From Candidatus Omnitrophota bacterium (lineage in GTDB: Bacteria; Omnitrophota; Gorgyraeia; Gygaellales; Profunditerraquicolaceae): DNA of 64,000 nucleotides. The translations under genes were made by a program, and so were the position numbers. Location of the stretch: the NCBI GenBank assembly GCA_030693145.1, contig JAUYBI010000071.1, positions 10,354 through 74,353 on the forward strand, written 5' to 3'. Shown here one piece after another: positions 59,601-62,600 of this stretch. Each line of letters opens with the position of its first letter. The first letter of the stretch is position 1. Below the pieces are notes generated by a model. The model was not told the DNA's origin, ran no database searches, and worked only from the letters and a program-made list of their open reading frames with translations.

Positions 59601-62600
59601 ATATTAAAGACTTAGATGATAATGATAACGATGTTCGTGCATCTGCCGTCAAAACCCTAGGAAGTCTTGGTGACAAACGCGCCATCGAGCCTTTGATTAA
59701 AGCATTATTAGCTGATAGCGGTGGCTCTGTCTGTAAATCCATAGCTATAGCCTTAGGCGAAATCAAAGACCCAAGAGCAGTTGCACCGTTGATCGTAGCA
59801 CTGGGGGACAAAAATAATAATGTTCGCTACTACTCTGCAATAGCTCTTCTTAAGATATCTCAAGATTCTGGAATTATTGCAAAAGCAAATAAGGTAATAG
59901 AGGATATAGATCGAGAATTGGAAGCAGAAAGTTCTTATTCAAGCGATGATTCTGATGATAGATCTTCATCAGATGACGGTGATTACGAATTTGAATGTCC
60001 TGAAGATGTAGAAGCACACGAAGAAAATCGAAGGTGGATGCGAGACAGAGATACATTTGGTAAATTAATAGGCCTTGCAAGAGATTGCGGATTAGAAGAC
60101 CCCGAAGCCAGAGGAAGCCGAAGCTCGGGGAGAAACGTAAGGTCCAAGAGCGATTATGATATTTCTTTGTCAGGTTCTAGAACCGTGTTACGAAGTGAGC
60201 TTATGGAAGAAGATTCTCGCGTAAGGGAATTCGTAAAGCGTGCTTCTGAAATAACTGGTAAAAAGGTTGATGTATATCGTGAGCATAGAGAAAAATCTAG
60301 TGATACAGATCATGAATCCGATTATACCTATGATGATTGTGGTTTGGGTATTTATACTGCCGAGGGCAAAGTTGATGATGATGCACAGGAGAAAACAGCC
60401 GCGGAAATTAAAGACGCGCAAGAAAATGAACGGCTGAAAAAATTCAGCGAGCTGGATAAGAAAACGCAGGAGGAATATGAAAACAAAGGAGTTAAAACCC
60501 TGCTTTCAAAAGACAATCTGTTTATTGTTTTGCCCGGAGAGGAAGACAATAACGCGCCTTTCCTTTGGTATGAGAATGAAGATAGATTCACAGTTGCCGC
60601 AACATCGGACGGGAACATTTATATTCCTCAATCATTGATTGACGCCTTACTTGCTATCGGACAGATTGGCTTGCTGGAGAAAATAATTAACCATGAAGAA
60701 AATGACTTAAAGAGCGGAGAGAATAAAAAGGAAGCCGAACAAATAGCCCAGTTGATTAAGAAAGAATTATTCCAGAAAGATTTCTTTGTCGGGATTTCTC
60801 CGACTTTTGTCAAAGACGGCAGGAATTATTCATATCAGGAATTAATTAAAGAATTAGACCATAATAAGGCAAAAGAATACCTGACTAAATGGCAGGAATT
60901 GGTGAGCGGGAAATTTGAGCTGGCAGGGATTATAAAAACAGCTCTGATTGACGGAAAATTTTATGAATTAAAGGGAGAAAGGGGCTCGATGCTTTTCTTT
61001 GTGGTTAGAGAAGAGCAGGAACTGGTGGAATATAAGATTATCGAGATCGTTGACGCGGTTACAAAGGCATTTGAAAAAGACGGCTTTAAGGCCGAGAATT
61101 TCTTAAGCTATTTTGAAATCTCGCTGGATAGCATGGACAGCAATGATATTTTTCTGATGTGGCAGGCATATTATACGGCGGAGTTGAAGGCAACCTTTAC
61201 CACTGCTTCGGGAAATCAGATAGCTAAGACAAGTTTTGGTGAGATTGCCCAAGCGAATAAGCGGTCAAAGGAAGAGCCTGTTTATTTGGAGAAGCGCGAG
61301 AAATCTTATGAGAAAGCGTTAGATTATAAGGTAACAAATTTAGCTGATACAAGGCTTATTGGGTTAAAGACAGCGGAGAAAGAGAGCAAAAATGAAATAG
61401 TCGCCTCAATTACCGCCAGAGAAAAAGAGTCACCTGCCGATGAGGCGCTGAACGTTGATGATTATCTGGTGTATTTCAGATGGGCGGTCAGGCATAATAT
61501 TGGAACAGGCACGGTTTTGGCGCATGAAGTTTTGGATTTATACAGTATCGAAATCGATGACTTAATCCGGTTGACACGAGAAGCTGCAGGATATTTGGGA
61601 AGCGAGTCTGAGGCAGTCAGGTATCTTAGAGAAGCGTTAGAATATAAATTTGCTGAGGGATTGGGTATAAAAGAAAATGTGCAGAAAACATTAGCTCAAA
61701 TGTGGACAGTTTTACTGGAAGGTTTGATTACGCCGGCGTTCTTCGAGACGGCAGTTAAATCAGTTAAGGTAGGAAAAATTGAAGGCGTAGAAGATAAAGA
61801 ATACGAAGCAATCCTCAATTTCATTTTAGGCAATAAAGATGAGATTAGCAATATAAGCGGTATGCCAATACAGGATATTTTAGGTTTAGTGGCTTCACGC
61901 ATAATCAATATTGTCGGGCAGGTAAGGTCAGGAAAGAGTACTTTGGCCAAAAAGTTATATAAATTATTCTTTGATCAGTGCAAAGATGTTGTGCTGGTGG
62001 ATATTGGTTTGATTTATCGCGCCTACGCGTTGTTTATTAAAGAGCTAGTGGATAATGGAGACGCCAGCGTATTGGCTTCGGAAGAAAATATTATCTGGGT
62101 TTTAAGAAAAGCGAATGTGGAAGTCCGGGGAAAGAATGTTTACTTAAACGGAAGCGGCTTATCCGATACCCGGTTGCACGATGCTAGCGTGGAGGATGTC
62201 CTCACTAAGATTACTACTGATAAGCCGAAGGTCAAGGCTTTTCTGCAGGAAAAAGACCGGGAAATCGTCAATCGTATTCCTAAGACAACCTGGGTAATCA
62301 TTTCCAGCCGCGGTTTCTATCCGCAGGCAGGCATGAATATTTATTTGGCCGCGGACATTGAAGAAAGAACTAAGAGGGCATTTATCGCTAAAGGCAAGAA
62401 AGCAGAAAAAATTAACCAAGAGTTTATTAATAGTAAGGAGTTTAATGACGAGAAGGGAAAAATCGAAGATAGAGATTTCAAGGATAGAAGCGATGAAAAC
62501 CTGCGTAAATATCCGGGAATCTTTACCTTAATTGATACTACTGGCAAAGATTCTGATAGAGTTTTAAGCGAAGTCACAAAAATGCTTAAGAAATATGATG

